IMG/VR virus record: IMGVR_UViG_3300033143_003083
Location: 1-64,000 of that record
Source of the DNA: a virus
Length of the DNA stretch: 64,000 nt
Strand: one strand, 5' to 3'
Below are positions 10,731-19,765 of this stretch, piece after piece. Position numbers and translations under genes: made by a program. Numbering within the stretch: the first letter of the stretch is position 1; every line of letters starts with the position of its first letter. The notes under the pieces are model-generated. The model did not search any database. It saw nothing but the letters and a program-made list of their open reading frames with translations, and was not told where the DNA came from.

Positions 10731-12244
10731 AGTTAACTAAATTATTTGAGTATTACGAACAAATTTTGCTTGAAGGTAAGATTGAACTGATTGCCAAGAA
10801 ACAAGGTAAGAAGATTAAGAAAGCATTATATAAAGACAAACCCAGAATGAATACATTAGGGCATTTTCATCATGCAGGTGGTAAATGGGATGGCAAGAGT
10901 AACATCAAAGACATATCTGACCAAGATGTTATTGGGGTACTCACATTATTTCAATCTAAAATTCATAAGAAGTATGTTCAATGGTTAGCTAATCGTTATG
11001 CCAACTATGAATTTAAACTTGAAGATTGGTCACAGGTACGAAGCGAATTAAAAGAATTTGATAAAGTTAAATCCAGATTAGCTATTAAAGATATCAATCA
11101 ATACAAGTCATTAACATCATTGTATTCAGCATTAGATGAATTCAAAGACAAAGATGTTAGGTCTAATACACAAAAAAGCAAAGATGAACGTAAGGCATTG
11201 TTTGATGATGGTGAAGCAGAATTGTTCTATAAAGATTCCCTTATAACCATTACAGTTCCTAAAACAGCGAACGCCGCATGTGAATTAGGTAAGGGTACTC
11301 GCTGGTGTACATCTGCCAGAACTCATAACGCATTTCATCAATACAGCAGACAAGGTGATCTGTATATTGTTGATACCAAGAAAGAAAAATTTCAATTGCA
11401 TTTTGAATCAGGTCAATTTATGGATGAAGAAGATGTTGAACTTGATTTCCCTGAATTATTTGAAAAATATCCGACAATGTATAAGTCATTAAAAAAAGCA
11501 TTTGGTAAAGATAAAGTTAAACAATTTTTGACACCTAAACAGGTATTAGAAGAAGATGGTTATAAGGGTTTAGTTGATGTACTCAAAAAACAAGAATTAA
11601 AGTTTGATGGTGACAACAATCTTATTATAACTGAACACCCAAATGTAGAAGATTTGATTGATGATTATGGTGATGATAGTGCCAAATGGGTAATAAAGGT
11701 ATTACAGGGAGAGGAAGAAGCATTTGGTAGTGATTATGTTCCTACTAGCAGTGATTTTGATTACCTCCTGTCTGCCGAACAAGAAAAAATATTAAACAAG
11801 TATGCTGCTGAAAAATATCCAGATGAATGGGAAGATGATGAAGATTGGTACGATGTATTAGAATCTAGTGGTGATGAAACACTGGACGAACTACGACAAC
11901 TTTACTGGCAAGCATCAGAAAGTGGTGCTCAATCTGAAATGTCTAAATTATTAGAGTCATCCCTAGAAGATTTTCATGAAGAATTTGAACTTGATCCTGA
12001 TGGACTTGAGTGGGACAAAAAATATAATGTTATCCTTCCTAAAGCTACCCTGATAGATTATGTTGAGAATCCCAAAAAATACGATTTACATATACCCACA
12101 ATAGATGCTTTGGTTGAGGCACATGGGGACACATTCTATTTTGATATAAGCATATCTTTGGTACATCCTCGTTATGGATATACTGATATGGATGATGAAT
12201 ATTTCAAATCTGAAGCAGACGCATTACTTAAGGATATCAAATGA
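10727..12244 (+). CDS. PcfJ-like domain protein, MKLxxLFE N-terminus
   Basis: PKTANAACELGKGTRWCTSA; acidic C-terminus; paralog of 20360. Confidence 0.55.
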   Translation: MKLTKLFEYYEQILLEGKIELIAKKQGKKIKKALYKDKPRMNTLGHFHHAGGKWDGKSNIKDISDQDVIGVLTLFQSKIHKKYVQWLANRYANYEFKLEDWSQVRSELKEFDKVKSRLAIKDINQYKSLTSLYSALDEFKDKDVRSNTQKSKDERKALFDDGEAELFYKDSLITITVPKTANAACELGKGTRWCTSARTHNAFHQYSRQGDLYIVDTKKEKFQLHFESGQFMDEEDVELDFPELFEKYPTMYKSLKKAFGKDKVKQFLTPKQVLEEDGYKGLVDVLKKQELKFDGDNNLIITEHPNVEDLIDDYGDDSAKWVIKVLQGEEEAFGSDYVPTSSDFDYLLSAEQEKILNKYAAEKYPDEWEDDEDWYDVLESSGDETLDELRQLYWQASESGAQSEMSKLLESSLEDFHEEFELDPDGLEWDKKYNVILPKATLIDYVENPKKYDLHIPTIDALVEAHGDTFYFDISISLVHPRYGYTDMDDEYFKSEADALLKDIK

Positions 12245-12831
12245 AACTTGACATACTATTCGAACGGACTATCTCTGATATCCGGTTAAAGAAAATTATC
12301 ACCAAGGGATTCATTGATAACCTTGATAATTACACAAATCATTTTCTTGATTATTTCAAAGTTTATAATAATGAATATGCAGATATGGATGATGGTGACA
12401 TCAAAGAATTACCTGCATATAAAGAATACTTACAGGATGAATTACGTAATAAGTTTGATGATGCATTCGAAGAAATTTTTAATAACATTCATCAGGGTAA
12501 GATCACATTGTATCGTGACATGACAGTGCGTAAGGATTGGGTGGAGCATCTTGCAAAACATCCTAACTCACGCATAGGTAAGTACTGGTCATGGGACGAA
12601 GCAGCAGCAGACGCTCACTGGGGTACGTTTGGTGACAAGGTGGCATCCATTGTCATTGAGATACCAGAAAAGTTTATTGATTGGGAAGAAACGTTTCAGG
12701 CGAATCTTCAGATTCAGGAAGAAAAAGAAATTACACTATTCAAGAATACTCCGATTAAGATTAAGGCAATCCTGAACAAAGGTAAACCTGAAGATATATC
12801 TTCAATTGAAAATAACAGGTACAAAGCATAA
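12241..12831 (+). CDS. Putative ADP-ribosyltransferase-fold protein
   Basis: LYR...YWSWD...EKEI (R-S-E pattern). Confidence 0.5.
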   Translation: MKLDILFERTISDIRLKKIITKGFIDNLDNYTNHFLDYFKVYNNEYADMDDGDIKELPAYKEYLQDELRNKFDDAFEEIFNNIHQGKITLYRDMTVRKDWVEHLAKHPNSRIGKYWSWDEAAADAHWGTFGDKVASIVIEIPEKFIDWEETFQANLQIQEEKEITLFKNTPIKIKAILNKGKPEDISSIENNRYKA

Positions 12832-13235
12832 TGAAACTCAATACATTATTTGAGAGCGAACTGAATGATAATAAGGATTATGTCCGTAAAATTTATGCAG
12901 CAGGACACCCGAACCCAATAGGTCGTGGTGTAATATTCGTCAAAGGAACTCAAGAAGAAAATGGGTATATCGTTGTTGAATTGAAACCGATGGTTAACTT
13001 TGTACACATAACCGAAATACGTGTTCTTGAGGGTAAGTACAAAGAAGGTTATGGTGATACTGTAATGAAGATACTTACTAAAGAAGCAGACAAGATGAAT
13101 GTCACCTTGCATTTAGCAGCAGTTCCATTGAAGGGCGAAGGTAAGACAATACCAAAAGGTAAGTTGAAATCATTCTATAAGAAGCATGGGTTCGTGTCTG
13201 AAGGTGGTGATGTTATGCGTAGAGAACCTAAATGA
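12831..13235 (+). CDS. GNAT-family acetyltransferase
   Basis: KEGYGDTVMKIL...AD...LKSFYKKHGF. Confidence 0.7.
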   Translation: MKLNTLFESELNDNKDYVRKIYAAGHPNPIGRGVIFVKGTQEENGYIVVELKPMVNFVHITEIRVLEGKYKEGYGDTVMKILTKEADKMNVTLHLAAVPLKGEGKTIPKGKLKSFYKKHGFVSEGGDVMRREPK

Positions 13236-13597
13236 AACTCAATCTATTATTTGAGAATGTTGAATACCAAGCATTCAGTAAGTACATCACAAAGAAGTAC
13301 AATGTAAGAACATTCTTCATCAATCAATCAGGGAATGACATTGAACTCAACAGCATAATCATAGCAAAAGAAAATCAGAAAGAAGGTATCGGGTCTGATG
13401 TGATGAAAGAACTCATTAAGTTTGCTGATAGTAAGGGTAAGAGAATCATATTGGGTGTTGGTGTAAAGGATAGCATTCATGGTACTACGTCCAGATCGCG
13501 TCTGGTTAAGTTCTATAAGCGGTTCGGATTCAAAGAGAACAAAGGGCGTAAGAAAGATTTCAGTGTATCTGCCGGTATGATACGCAATCCAAAGTAA
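13232..13597 (+). CDS. GNAT-family acetyltransferase
   Basis: QKEGIGSDVMKEL...AD...LVKFYKRFGF. Confidence 0.75.
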   Translation: MKLNLLFENVEYQAFSKYITKKYNVRTFFINQSGNDIELNSIIIAKENQKEGIGSDVMKELIKFADSKGKRIILGVGVKDSIHGTTSRSRLVKFYKRFGFKENKGRKKDFSVSAGMIRNPK

Positions 13598-13852
13598 TTA
13601 TAATTTATTCATCAGCATAAGACTTTCACCCAGTTCAGATATCTTTATATGATTACGTTCAGAGCATAGTTGTTGGGTGATAACCTGTGTTGAATCACCT
13701 AACGTCATTCCAATATCATCAGCAGTAACATAAACGATATACCCTGACTCCAAATGACTATACCATAACAAAACATTAGTTTTATAAGAATTACCAAGGT
13801 CAAACGCTTTGTTCAGATCAACAGTACTCCAAAAATCTAAGAAGTCTTTCAT
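13598..13852 (-). CDS. Small hypothetical protein (ends MNKL)
   Basis: ATGA-coupled start. Confidence 0.6.
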   Translation of the reverse strand: MKDFLDFWSTVDLNKAFDLGNSYKTNVLLWYSHLESGYIVYVTADDIGMTLGDSTQVITQQLCSERNHIKISELGESLMLMNKL

Positions 13853-14085
13853 AACATCCACCACTCATGCAAGTGTTCATTCTCAACAATGTAATTCCAT
13901 GCGTCTTCATACGTAGTATAACTTCTGCGGCCTGATGGTGGTATCTTATGTTCCCTTATGAATTCAACTAAAATAGCTGCCCCACCATGATAATTTAGTT
14001 TACTAAAAACATTAGGGAACAGGTGCTCATTAAGTTTGGGGTATTGCCTCTCCACTTTTTCATGAAAATCTATACTCTTATTCAC
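13849..14085 (-). CDS. YPEL/WWML family protein
   Basis: YPKL..HLF...W.YI..NEHLHEWWML. Confidence 0.75.
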   Translation of the reverse strand: MNKSIDFHEKVERQYPKLNEHLFPNVFSKLNYHGGAAILVEFIREHKIPPSGRRSYTTYEDAWNYIVENEHLHEWWML

Positions 14086-14318
14086 AACATCCACCAGATA
14101 TGTTTGTCTTCGTTGTCACAGATGTATTTCCATATAATTTCATACGTTAAATTATCTTTGGTTGGACAATTGCATTGGTGATTCACAAAATCAAGTACTA
14201 ACGACAAGTTTTCAAAGGTATCATCTAATACATAAGAGTACCCTGCAAAAATGTGGTCATGCAATTCAGGGTAATAATCATACACTAATGATTTAAAATG
14301 GTCTAAATCTTTAATCAA
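14082..14318 (-). CDS. YPEL/WWML family protein
   Basis: YYPELHDHIF...IWKYICDNEDKHIWWML. Confidence 0.75.
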   Translation of the reverse strand: MIKDLDHFKSLVYDYYPELHDHIFAGYSYVLDDTFENLSLVLDFVNHQCNCPTKDNLTYEIIWKYICDNEDKHIWWML

Positions 14319-14319
14319 C

Positions 14320-14484
14320 TTACTTACCTGTTATTTTCTCATACTGGTCAACAACATCAAAGAATAAATCATATGCGGCATCACCGGACGTGTCAGCAGC
14401 TTCACGTGCTTCTTTCGAACTCCCCCATTGATCTACCCATTCCATAGTTTTATCAAACCATTCAATTTTTTCTTCGTCTGTCAT
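14320..14484 (-). CDS. Small hypothetical protein, 54 aa (not in ORF track)
   Basis: MTDEEKIEWFDK...EKITGK; GGTGA SD. Confidence 0.55.
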   Translation of the reverse strand: MTDEEKIEWFDKTMEWVDQWGSSKEAREAADTSGDAAYDLFFDVVDQYEKITGK

Positions 14485-14491
14485 ATATCAC

Positions 14492-14722
14492 CTATAATTC
14501 ATCAAATAATTGTATACTGAGTTCAGCTTCAACCCTGTCATGAATTTCTTGTGCAGTACCTGCAATCGTCTTAAAGATCATTGTATTTTTTGCATATGAG
14601 TACACAGTACCCCCAACCCCACGAGTAAATTCAATGATGTTATAATTGCTGCCACCCACACTGTCAGTAATAATATACTTTTTGTGCTGGTCATCTATAA
14701 TTATTGGTTTGCCCAGACTCAT
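14492..14722 (-). CDS. Small hypothetical protein (paralog of 14722..14982; ends FDEL)
   Basis: Shared TDS..G..Y.I.E and AQ..HD..E. Confidence 0.65.
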   Translation of the reverse strand: MSLGKPIIIDDQHKKYIITDSVGGSNYNIIEFTRGVGGTVYSYAKNTMIFKTIAGTAQEIHDRVEAELSIQLFDEL

Positions 14723-14982
14723 TATAATTTTCTCATTAGACGTTTAGCATAAGTTTTTTCTATTTCATCATGTAGGAATTGTGCTGAATCATTACATTGT
14801 CTCATATAATTACCTTTGAGATCATATGCAACCCAATAATTATAAGGTAATATTAAAGGTGTTATCTTAAAATTACCTTTATACTCACGTTCGACAATTT
14901 CATAATCATGACCGGCAAAACTATCTGTTACCTTATGATAGATTTTGCCCTTACGATGTTTAATTCGTCTGCCTAACATCAT
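14722..14982 (-). CDS. Small hypothetical protein (ends MRKL)
   Basis: Paralog of neighbour; ATGA-coupled start. Confidence 0.65.
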   Translation of the reverse strand: MMLGRRIKHRKGKIYHKVTDSFAGHDYEIVEREYKGNFKITPLILPYNYWVAYDLKGNYMRQCNDSAQFLHDEIEKTYAKRLMRKL

Positions 14983-15209
14983 AACTCCAATGTGATAAAA
15001 ACTGATGTGGGGGCAAATATTACCTTGCCACAATTTGACCATGTTGCTAATTCTCTTACGACTGATACCGGACGGTCTTCAGCAACATTCTTCCTGAAAT
15101 GATTACAGTATGATAACCATATGTCCCACACACAAAATGTAGCAGACATACTGGAATCACTGACTATACCACACATACCCAGACCATTAACTGAGATTGA
15201 ATTTCTCAT
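14979..15209 (-). CDS. Small hypothetical protein (ends TLEL)
   Basis: GGAAGGA SD; coupled to next gene. Confidence 0.55.
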   Translation of the reverse strand: MRNSISVNGLGMCGIVSDSSMSATFCVWDIWLSYCNHFRKNVAEDRPVSVVRELATWSNCGKVIFAPTSVFITLEL

Positions 15210-15342
15210 TATCCTTCCTCTCAATTTCGTCTAAACGGTCAGCAATACACTTCATCAGTACCGATTTGGTCACAGGGTTCTGAGTATAGTGGTAATCGCG
15301 GAATAAGTCACCTAATGTTGCTGGATTTGCGTCCTTACTCAT
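15187..15342 (-). CDS. Small hypothetical protein, 51 aa (not in ORF track)
   Basis: MSKDANPATLG...; ATGA overlap with upstream stop. Confidence 0.5.
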   Translation of the reverse strand: MSKDANPATLGDLFRDYHYTQNPVTKSVLMKCIADRLDEIERKDNEKFNLS

Positions 15343-15683
15343 AACTCACCCCATTCTTCATAAGCATCATAAAAAGCATATGCAAGTTCTGTAAATTTGA
15401 ATTCAACAAAATAAACGGTTCTTTTAGGTTTAAGTTTTCTCCCACCGACACACTCAAATCTACCCTTAGTAGTTCTTTCATAGACATGAACATCAGACAA
15501 ACACGAACCTGTACTAATATGAATAATTTCATCTGTGTGATTCATTTTAACGTTGTTTTCAAAACCATTTGCATTAGTTTTCGTCATATAGATTCTGAAC
15601 TTATTAGGTTCAATGACTGTGACACTCTTAGATGCATCACGGTCATGCATGAATTCACATAATTTACCAAGATAATTACTCAT
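15339..15683 (-). CDS. Hypothetical protein (ends WGEL)
   Basis: ATGA-coupled start. Confidence 0.6.
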   Translation of the reverse strand: MSNYLGKLCEFMHDRDASKSVTVIEPNKFRIYMTKTNANGFENNVKMNHTDEIIHISTGSCLSDVHVYERTTKGRFECVGGRKLKPKRTVYFVEFKFTELAYAFYDAYEEWGEL

Positions 15684-15904
15684 AACATCCACCATTCATG
15701 TAGATCTTCATTGTCATTAATATACTGCCAGATAGTTTCGGGTGTGGTAAGATGCATCATATTGTTTTTCTTCAAAAATATTCTGAGTGCTGTGAATTCT
15801 AATACATTATTATCAAATATATGATTATAAAGTTCAGGATAATAGCGGCGCATATTAATCATTATATCACCGACACCAATAACATGTTTACCCTTATATC
15901 TCAT
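15680..15904 (-). CDS. YPEL/WWML family protein
   Basis: YYPELYNHIF...NEDLHEWWML. Confidence 0.8.
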   Translation of the reverse strand: MRYKGKHVIGVGDIMINMRRYYPELYNHIFDNNVLEFTALRIFLKKNNMMHLTTPETIWQYINDNEDLHEWWML

Positions 15905-16143
15905 AACATCCACCATGCATGTAAGTCTTCGTTATCTCTAATATATTGCCATATCTCAACATACTCGTTACCTGAATGTAGTGAGATACCTGATTTTAAT
16001 CTTGTCTTCTTCATAAAGATTGTAAGTGATGTATATGGGGTACGACCTTCACCATATACATATATATAAAGTTCTGGATAATAATGTTTCATATTATTCA
16101 GTAAAGAAGTCATGGTAAGAACGGAGCCATCATCAAATGTCAT
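15901..16143 (-). CDS. YPEL/WWML family protein
   Basis: YYPELY...NEDLHAWWML. Confidence 0.8.
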   Translation of the reverse strand: MTFDDGSVLTMTSLLNNMKHYYPELYIYVYGEGRTPYTSLTIFMKKTRLKSGISLHSGNEYVEIWQYIRDNEDLHAWWML

Positions 16144-16361
16144 AACATCCACCAATCGTGTAATTCTCTGTTGCACCTGATATGATCCCATATAGCTTCA
16201 ACTGAGGTAAGATGTATTATATTGTTTTTCTTCAAAAAAATTCTGAGTGCAGTATGAGGCAGATCATCATTATCGAATATATGAGTATAAAGTTCAGGAT
16301 AAAATGATTTTATACTATCCATTAACCCTCTTAGATGTATCACATGTTCGCCATTACTCAT
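16140..16361 (-). CDS. YPEL/WWML family protein
   Basis: FYPELYTHIF...ELHDWWML. Confidence 0.8.
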   Translation of the reverse strand: MSNGEHVIHLRGLMDSIKSFYPELYTHIFDNDDLPHTALRIFLKKNNIIHLTSVEAIWDHIRCNRELHDWWML

Positions 16362-16591
16362 AACATCCACCAATCATGCTTATCTTTATTCACAACAATG
16401 AAATCCCAGATTTCTTGGTAATCCCATACCGACACCTTACCATCACCATGACTACTGATAAAGATGATAAGCGAGTCGTAAGGGTCATTACGACCACCAA
16501 ATATGTATTTGTAAAGTTCTGGGTAATAATATTTCATACTATGTTTCAGTTCATCCATAATACGGACTGAAGATGATGGTATTCTACTCAT
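16358..16591 (-). CDS. YPEL/WWML family protein
   Basis: YYPELYKYIF...DKHDWWML. Confidence 0.8.
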   Translation of the reverse strand: MSRIPSSSVRIMDELKHSMKYYYPELYKYIFGGRNDPYDSLIIFISSHGDGKVSVWDYQEIWDFIVVNKDKHDWWML

Positions 16592-16821
16592 AACATCCAC
16601 CAATCATGCATATCTTCCTTTGCAACAATGTACGCCCATATTTCATTATAAGACAACCTATTAATATCATATGATATCTTATTCATAAAGATATCAAGTG
16701 CTTCATATGAGGCAGCATACCCAAAGAACACATGAGCATGAAGGTCAGGATAATAACGTGCCATATTATGCTTCAGGGCATTCACTGAGAAAATAGGCGC
16801 AGGATGCTTCGTATCATTCAT
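16588..16821 (-). CDS. YPEL/WWML family protein
   Basis: YYPDLHAHVF...DMHDWWML. Confidence 0.8.
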   Translation of the reverse strand: MNDTKHPAPIFSVNALKHNMARYYPDLHAHVFFGYAASYEALDIFMNKISYDINRLSYNEIWAYIVAKEDMHDWWML

Positions 16822-17193
16822 TTAATCGACTGCTTCCAGTACTTCTATGTTCCAGAAGCGACACCCATGTAAGTCCCTGTCAAGCATCACAGCACCCTCA
16901 CCATAATCTTTTATGTATGACACTATATGTGCAGTACGATGGTTGTCACGACCTTCAGGACAGCTATGGTTTAATTTAGACGGTGGTTGATTTAACTTAA
17001 CCTTTGTTCCCACTGGGGTACGTTTAGCTCTTTCTGCCAGTTCCGCAATTTCAATTGCATAATTCAAAGCCCATCGTAACTTTTTAGCTTCCTTAATGGA
17101 AACTCTAGTCTGAGAATTACCCCTGCTGAGAAGAATAGGTTTGTCAGGTCTGCTTTCTCGTGGTTTATGCTTTGCTGTGAATTCTTCTGGCAT
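16822..17193 (-). CDS. Hypothetical protein
   Basis: 123-aa ORF, AGGAG SD. Confidence 0.6.
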   Translation of the reverse strand: MPEEFTAKHKPRESRPDKPILLSRGNSQTRVSIKEAKKLRWALNYAIEIAELAERAKRTPVGTKVKLNQPPSKLNHSCPEGRDNHRTAHIVSYIKDYGEGAVMLDRDLHGCRFWNIEVLEAVD

Positions 17194-17209
17194 CAGATTA
17201 CTCCTAAGT

Positions 17210-17284
17210 TGGAAGGTGTGGGGGGATTCGAACCCCCATGCAACGGATTTGCAATCCGCGACCTAGCCGTTCGGTCACACACCT
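17210..17284 (-). tRNA. tRNA-Cys(GCA)
   Basis: Cloverleaf AGGTGTG/CACACCT, GCGGA-TTGCAAA-TCCGT, GGGGG-TTCGAAT-CCCCC, U73, encoded CCA. Confidence 0.95.
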
Positions 17285-17486
17285 ATAATTTTATAATAAT
17301 TAGTAACATAATAAAAAATGACATTCCGAATATTAATGATCCAATCATTGCTAATGTTGTCATACTATTATCATTTTTGATTAGTTTGTATACTACCGCA
17401 AGTCCAATTCCATAGACAGTACCACTGAATAATCCAGCTAATACCATTGATTGAAATATTATTAATAAAATCATACTATTCTCCAA
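17283..17486 (-). CDS. Small membrane protein (2 TM)
   Basis: Two hydrophobic stretches. Confidence 0.5.
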   Translation of the reverse strand: MENSMILLIIFQSMVLAGLFSGTVYGIGLAVVYKLIKNDNSMTTLAMIGSLIFGMSFFIMLLIIIKL

Positions 17487-17489
17487 TAA

Positions 17490-17840
17490 TTATAATAATT
17501 TAGCAATACTGTCAGAGAACACTTTCATTGCTTTCAATACAACATCACGTTCTTCTTCGTCTGGCATTGCTGCTGTTGGGTCTTCCATGAATTCACGCAC
17601 ACCCTGTGCAATTGTAGTCAGTGGTGAATCGAATAATGATTTTGTCTCAGCAGCACTTATTGCTTCATTGAAGCATTTAACGCGGGTAGCTGCCACACTT
17701 AATTTATGATGCACTTCAGGTAAATTATCAGTCCAATTACCCGTTACGTGTGATGCTGCATCTTGTACTTTAATAACAAGAGCATCACGTTCAGCAGCAG
17801 CCTCATTACGCATTTTTGTAAGCAAAGTTAAAGTTGTCAT
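17490..17840 (-). CDS. Hypothetical early protein
   Basis: First gene after sigma70 promoter; GGAG SD. Confidence 0.65.
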   Translation of the reverse strand: MTTLTLLTKMRNEAAAERDALVIKVQDAASHVTGNWTDNLPEVHHKLSVAATRVKCFNEAISAAETKSLFDSPLTTIAQGVREFMEDPTAAMPDEEERDVVLKAMKVFSDSIAKLL

Positions 17841-17866
17841 ATTTGTTCTCCCAGTTGATGAAGGGA

Positions 17867-17895
17867 ATTATAGATTGAAAACTTCCCTGTGTCAA
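17867..17895 (-). promoter_or_regulatory. Early sigma70-type promoter
   Basis: TTGACA-17nt-TATAAT, spacer ends AAGTTTTCAATC. Confidence 0.9.
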
Positions 17896-17918
17896 ATCTT
17901 ATTTCAATTGATATTAAC

Positions 17919-17924
17919 TAAATA
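17919..17924 (+). promoter_or_regulatory. T4-type late promoter
   Basis: TAAATA 5 nt before ATG 17930. Confidence 0.7.
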
Positions 17925-17929
17925 CCACT

Positions 17930-18640
17930 ATGAATTTACTACAATTATTCGAAAATGTCCAAAATGTCAATCTGGATCAGCTATACCGGAAATTTAACCA
18001 GAAATACTTCAATGGTCAGTTACCAGTGGTCAAAACAAAATGGTCTAATAAGCGTAGGTCAATGGGGGCAGTAGTTGCCAACAGAGTCAAAGCAACTGGG
18101 GTAATATCAATCAAACATCTGGAAATTTCCAAGCATCTTGATATTGACGAAGAAAAATTGAGTGCATTAATGTTACATGAAATGATTCATGTGTATGTGT
18201 TATTCGTATTACAACTGAGTGAACGTAGTGGGGGTCACGGTACAGAGTTCCATAAGAAACGGGGAGAACTTAATCGTAAGACTCCATTTGTGATTCCTGC
18301 ATCTGAAGATTATAATGAGTTTGAGGTATCACCCCATATAAAAATTAAACCTACTGTGATCATTCTCAGAACAGGTAGTGGTGGTACATGGGTACATGCC
18401 ATATCAGAAAAAGGATTCCAGAAAGATTTCGAAAAGATTATTGGACGATTTGTTCAAGAACATGAATATGAAGTTTTTGTGTCTGCTGCAAGTAATATTA
18501 CTAAGATACCTGTTGCACGTGTGCTCACAAAAAAAGGTATGCCGTATTATAGAATGAATGATAAAGAAATACAGTTAATCAGGGACGGTATGACCAAGAT
18601 GATTGTTAAAATAGACAAGAACGGAAATATATCATCATGA
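17930..18640 (+). CDS. SprT-like zinc metalloprotease
   Basis: FNQKYFNG.LP, HEMIH, HG.EF. Confidence 0.8.
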   Translation: MNLLQLFENVQNVNLDQLYRKFNQKYFNGQLPVVKTKWSNKRRSMGAVVANRVKATGVISIKHLEISKHLDIDEEKLSALMLHEMIHVYVLFVLQLSERSGGHGTEFHKKRGELNRKTPFVIPASEDYNEFEVSPHIKIKPTVIILRTGSGGTWVHAISEKGFQKDFEKIIGRFVQEHEYEVFVSAASNITKIPVARVLTKKGMPYYRMNDKEIQLIRDGMTKMIVKIDKNGNISS

Positions 18641-19032
18641 AACTTAGTCATATAAAACAACCGGATCTGTTCGGTATTCAGACAAAACCTATGTCAATAG
18701 TAGGGGTATATGACCGGATGATCCTGAGAGTCATCGAACCAACGAATAAGAGCGCATTTAAGCAAGATTGCACATGTCATAAGCTGAGTATCAACTATAT
18801 CGTTAAACACGCCAAACCTTCTGACAGACTCGTTATGGTGGGGGTAGGTAATACTGTTACTCATAGCTTCGTGGTAAATATAAGTGGGAAGATAATTGCT
18901 GATACTAATATAAGTAATGATCCGACTTATGATGGAAAGACTTATACAGTGGGTAAGGATAAGTTTAAGCACATGTGGAATAAAACAGCACGTGATATCG
19001 CCAGAGATATTAAAGAGATATTAGTTAAATGA
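18637..19032 (+). CDS. Hypothetical, possible Cys-His-Asp papain/transglutaminase-like fold
   Basis: CH...HSFV...D pattern like neighbour 19029. Confidence 0.35.
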   Translation: MKLSHIKQPDLFGIQTKPMSIVGVYDRMILRVIEPTNKSAFKQDCTCHKLSINYIVKHAKPSDRLVMVGVGNTVTHSFVVNISGKIIADTNISNDPTYDGKTYTVGKDKFKHMWNKTARDIARDIKEILVK

Positions 19033-19448
19033 AGTTAGAACAATTATTAGAAAGTGCAAGTAAAAATATGATTAAGGCTGCGGCAAACGTCACTGAAAAA
19101 TTATTAAAGATTGGTGGTGAGCGTGTTGTCAGGCCAGAAGAAGATGAAGACATCGTATTAATGTCCCAGAAAGGAAAGTTGTGGAAGCATAAGGCAACTA
19201 AATTGGATGGTGTACCATATAACGACTGCCACCGTGTTACCGCAAATGTATGTCAGGTAAATAAAAGATTTAGCGCAATAACGGGTTTTGCATTATCAAA
19301 GGATGGGTTATGGAGGCCACATTCTTTTATGTTTGATACTGTTGATAAATCAATACTAGAACCTACTCCAATCATACGTGTTAAATATTGGGGGGTCTTA
19401 ATGAGTGGTAAAGATGCTGAACGATTTATAAAGAGTAACGCCAGATGA
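19029..19448 (+). CDS. Possible papain/transglutaminase-like protein
   Basis: NDCH...GFAL...W.PHSF...ILEPT. Confidence 0.45.
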   Translation: MKLEQLLESASKNMIKAAANVTEKLLKIGGERVVRPEEDEDIVLMSQKGKLWKHKATKLDGVPYNDCHRVTANVCQVNKRFSAITGFALSKDGLWRPHSFMFDTVDKSILEPTPIIRVKYWGVLMSGKDAERFIKSNAR

Positions 19449-19765
19449 AGTTAGAACAATTATTTGAATCCCGCCAGAAACAATACGGCAGACCATTACC
19501 GGAAACTGGATATCAATATAAGAAGGTAGAAATTTTCAGAGCACTTGATGCTAATGAAGATTACTTCCTGCCAGAAGATTATGTGACCCGTCTGAAGAAG
19601 TTTGCAGTGGGTCATGCTGATCATAACGTTGTTGTACTGGAAACCCCTCAGAAAGTTATCAGGGCAATTGTGAATGCGTCTGATGTATATGAAGCAACGA
19701 ATGCAGGTGAATACTTTTATGATGGTAAGAAAGTAAAGGGACGAGTAATTTATGAAACTGATTAA
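19445..19765 (+). CDS. Possible ADP-ribosyltransferase-fold protein
   Basis: IFRA...DYVT...FA..HA...V.ASDV...EYFY. Confidence 0.45.
   Translation: MKLEQLFESRQKQYGRPLPETGYQYKKVEIFRALDANEDYFLPEDYVTRLKKFAVGHADHNVVVLETPQKVIRAIVNASDVYEATNAGEYFYDGKKVKGRVIYETD

Noticed and set aside
13852-16603. Shared N-terminal MVDVM motif in the ORF track
   Set aside because: Artefact of reading the upstream WWML junction in another frame; true starts are the ATG/GTG overlapping the stop.
15680-16821. CRISPR array or integron cassette array
   Set aside because: The repeat is ~15 nt, non-palindromic and coding; the 'spacers' are paralogous ORFs; no cas, integrase or attC structure seen.
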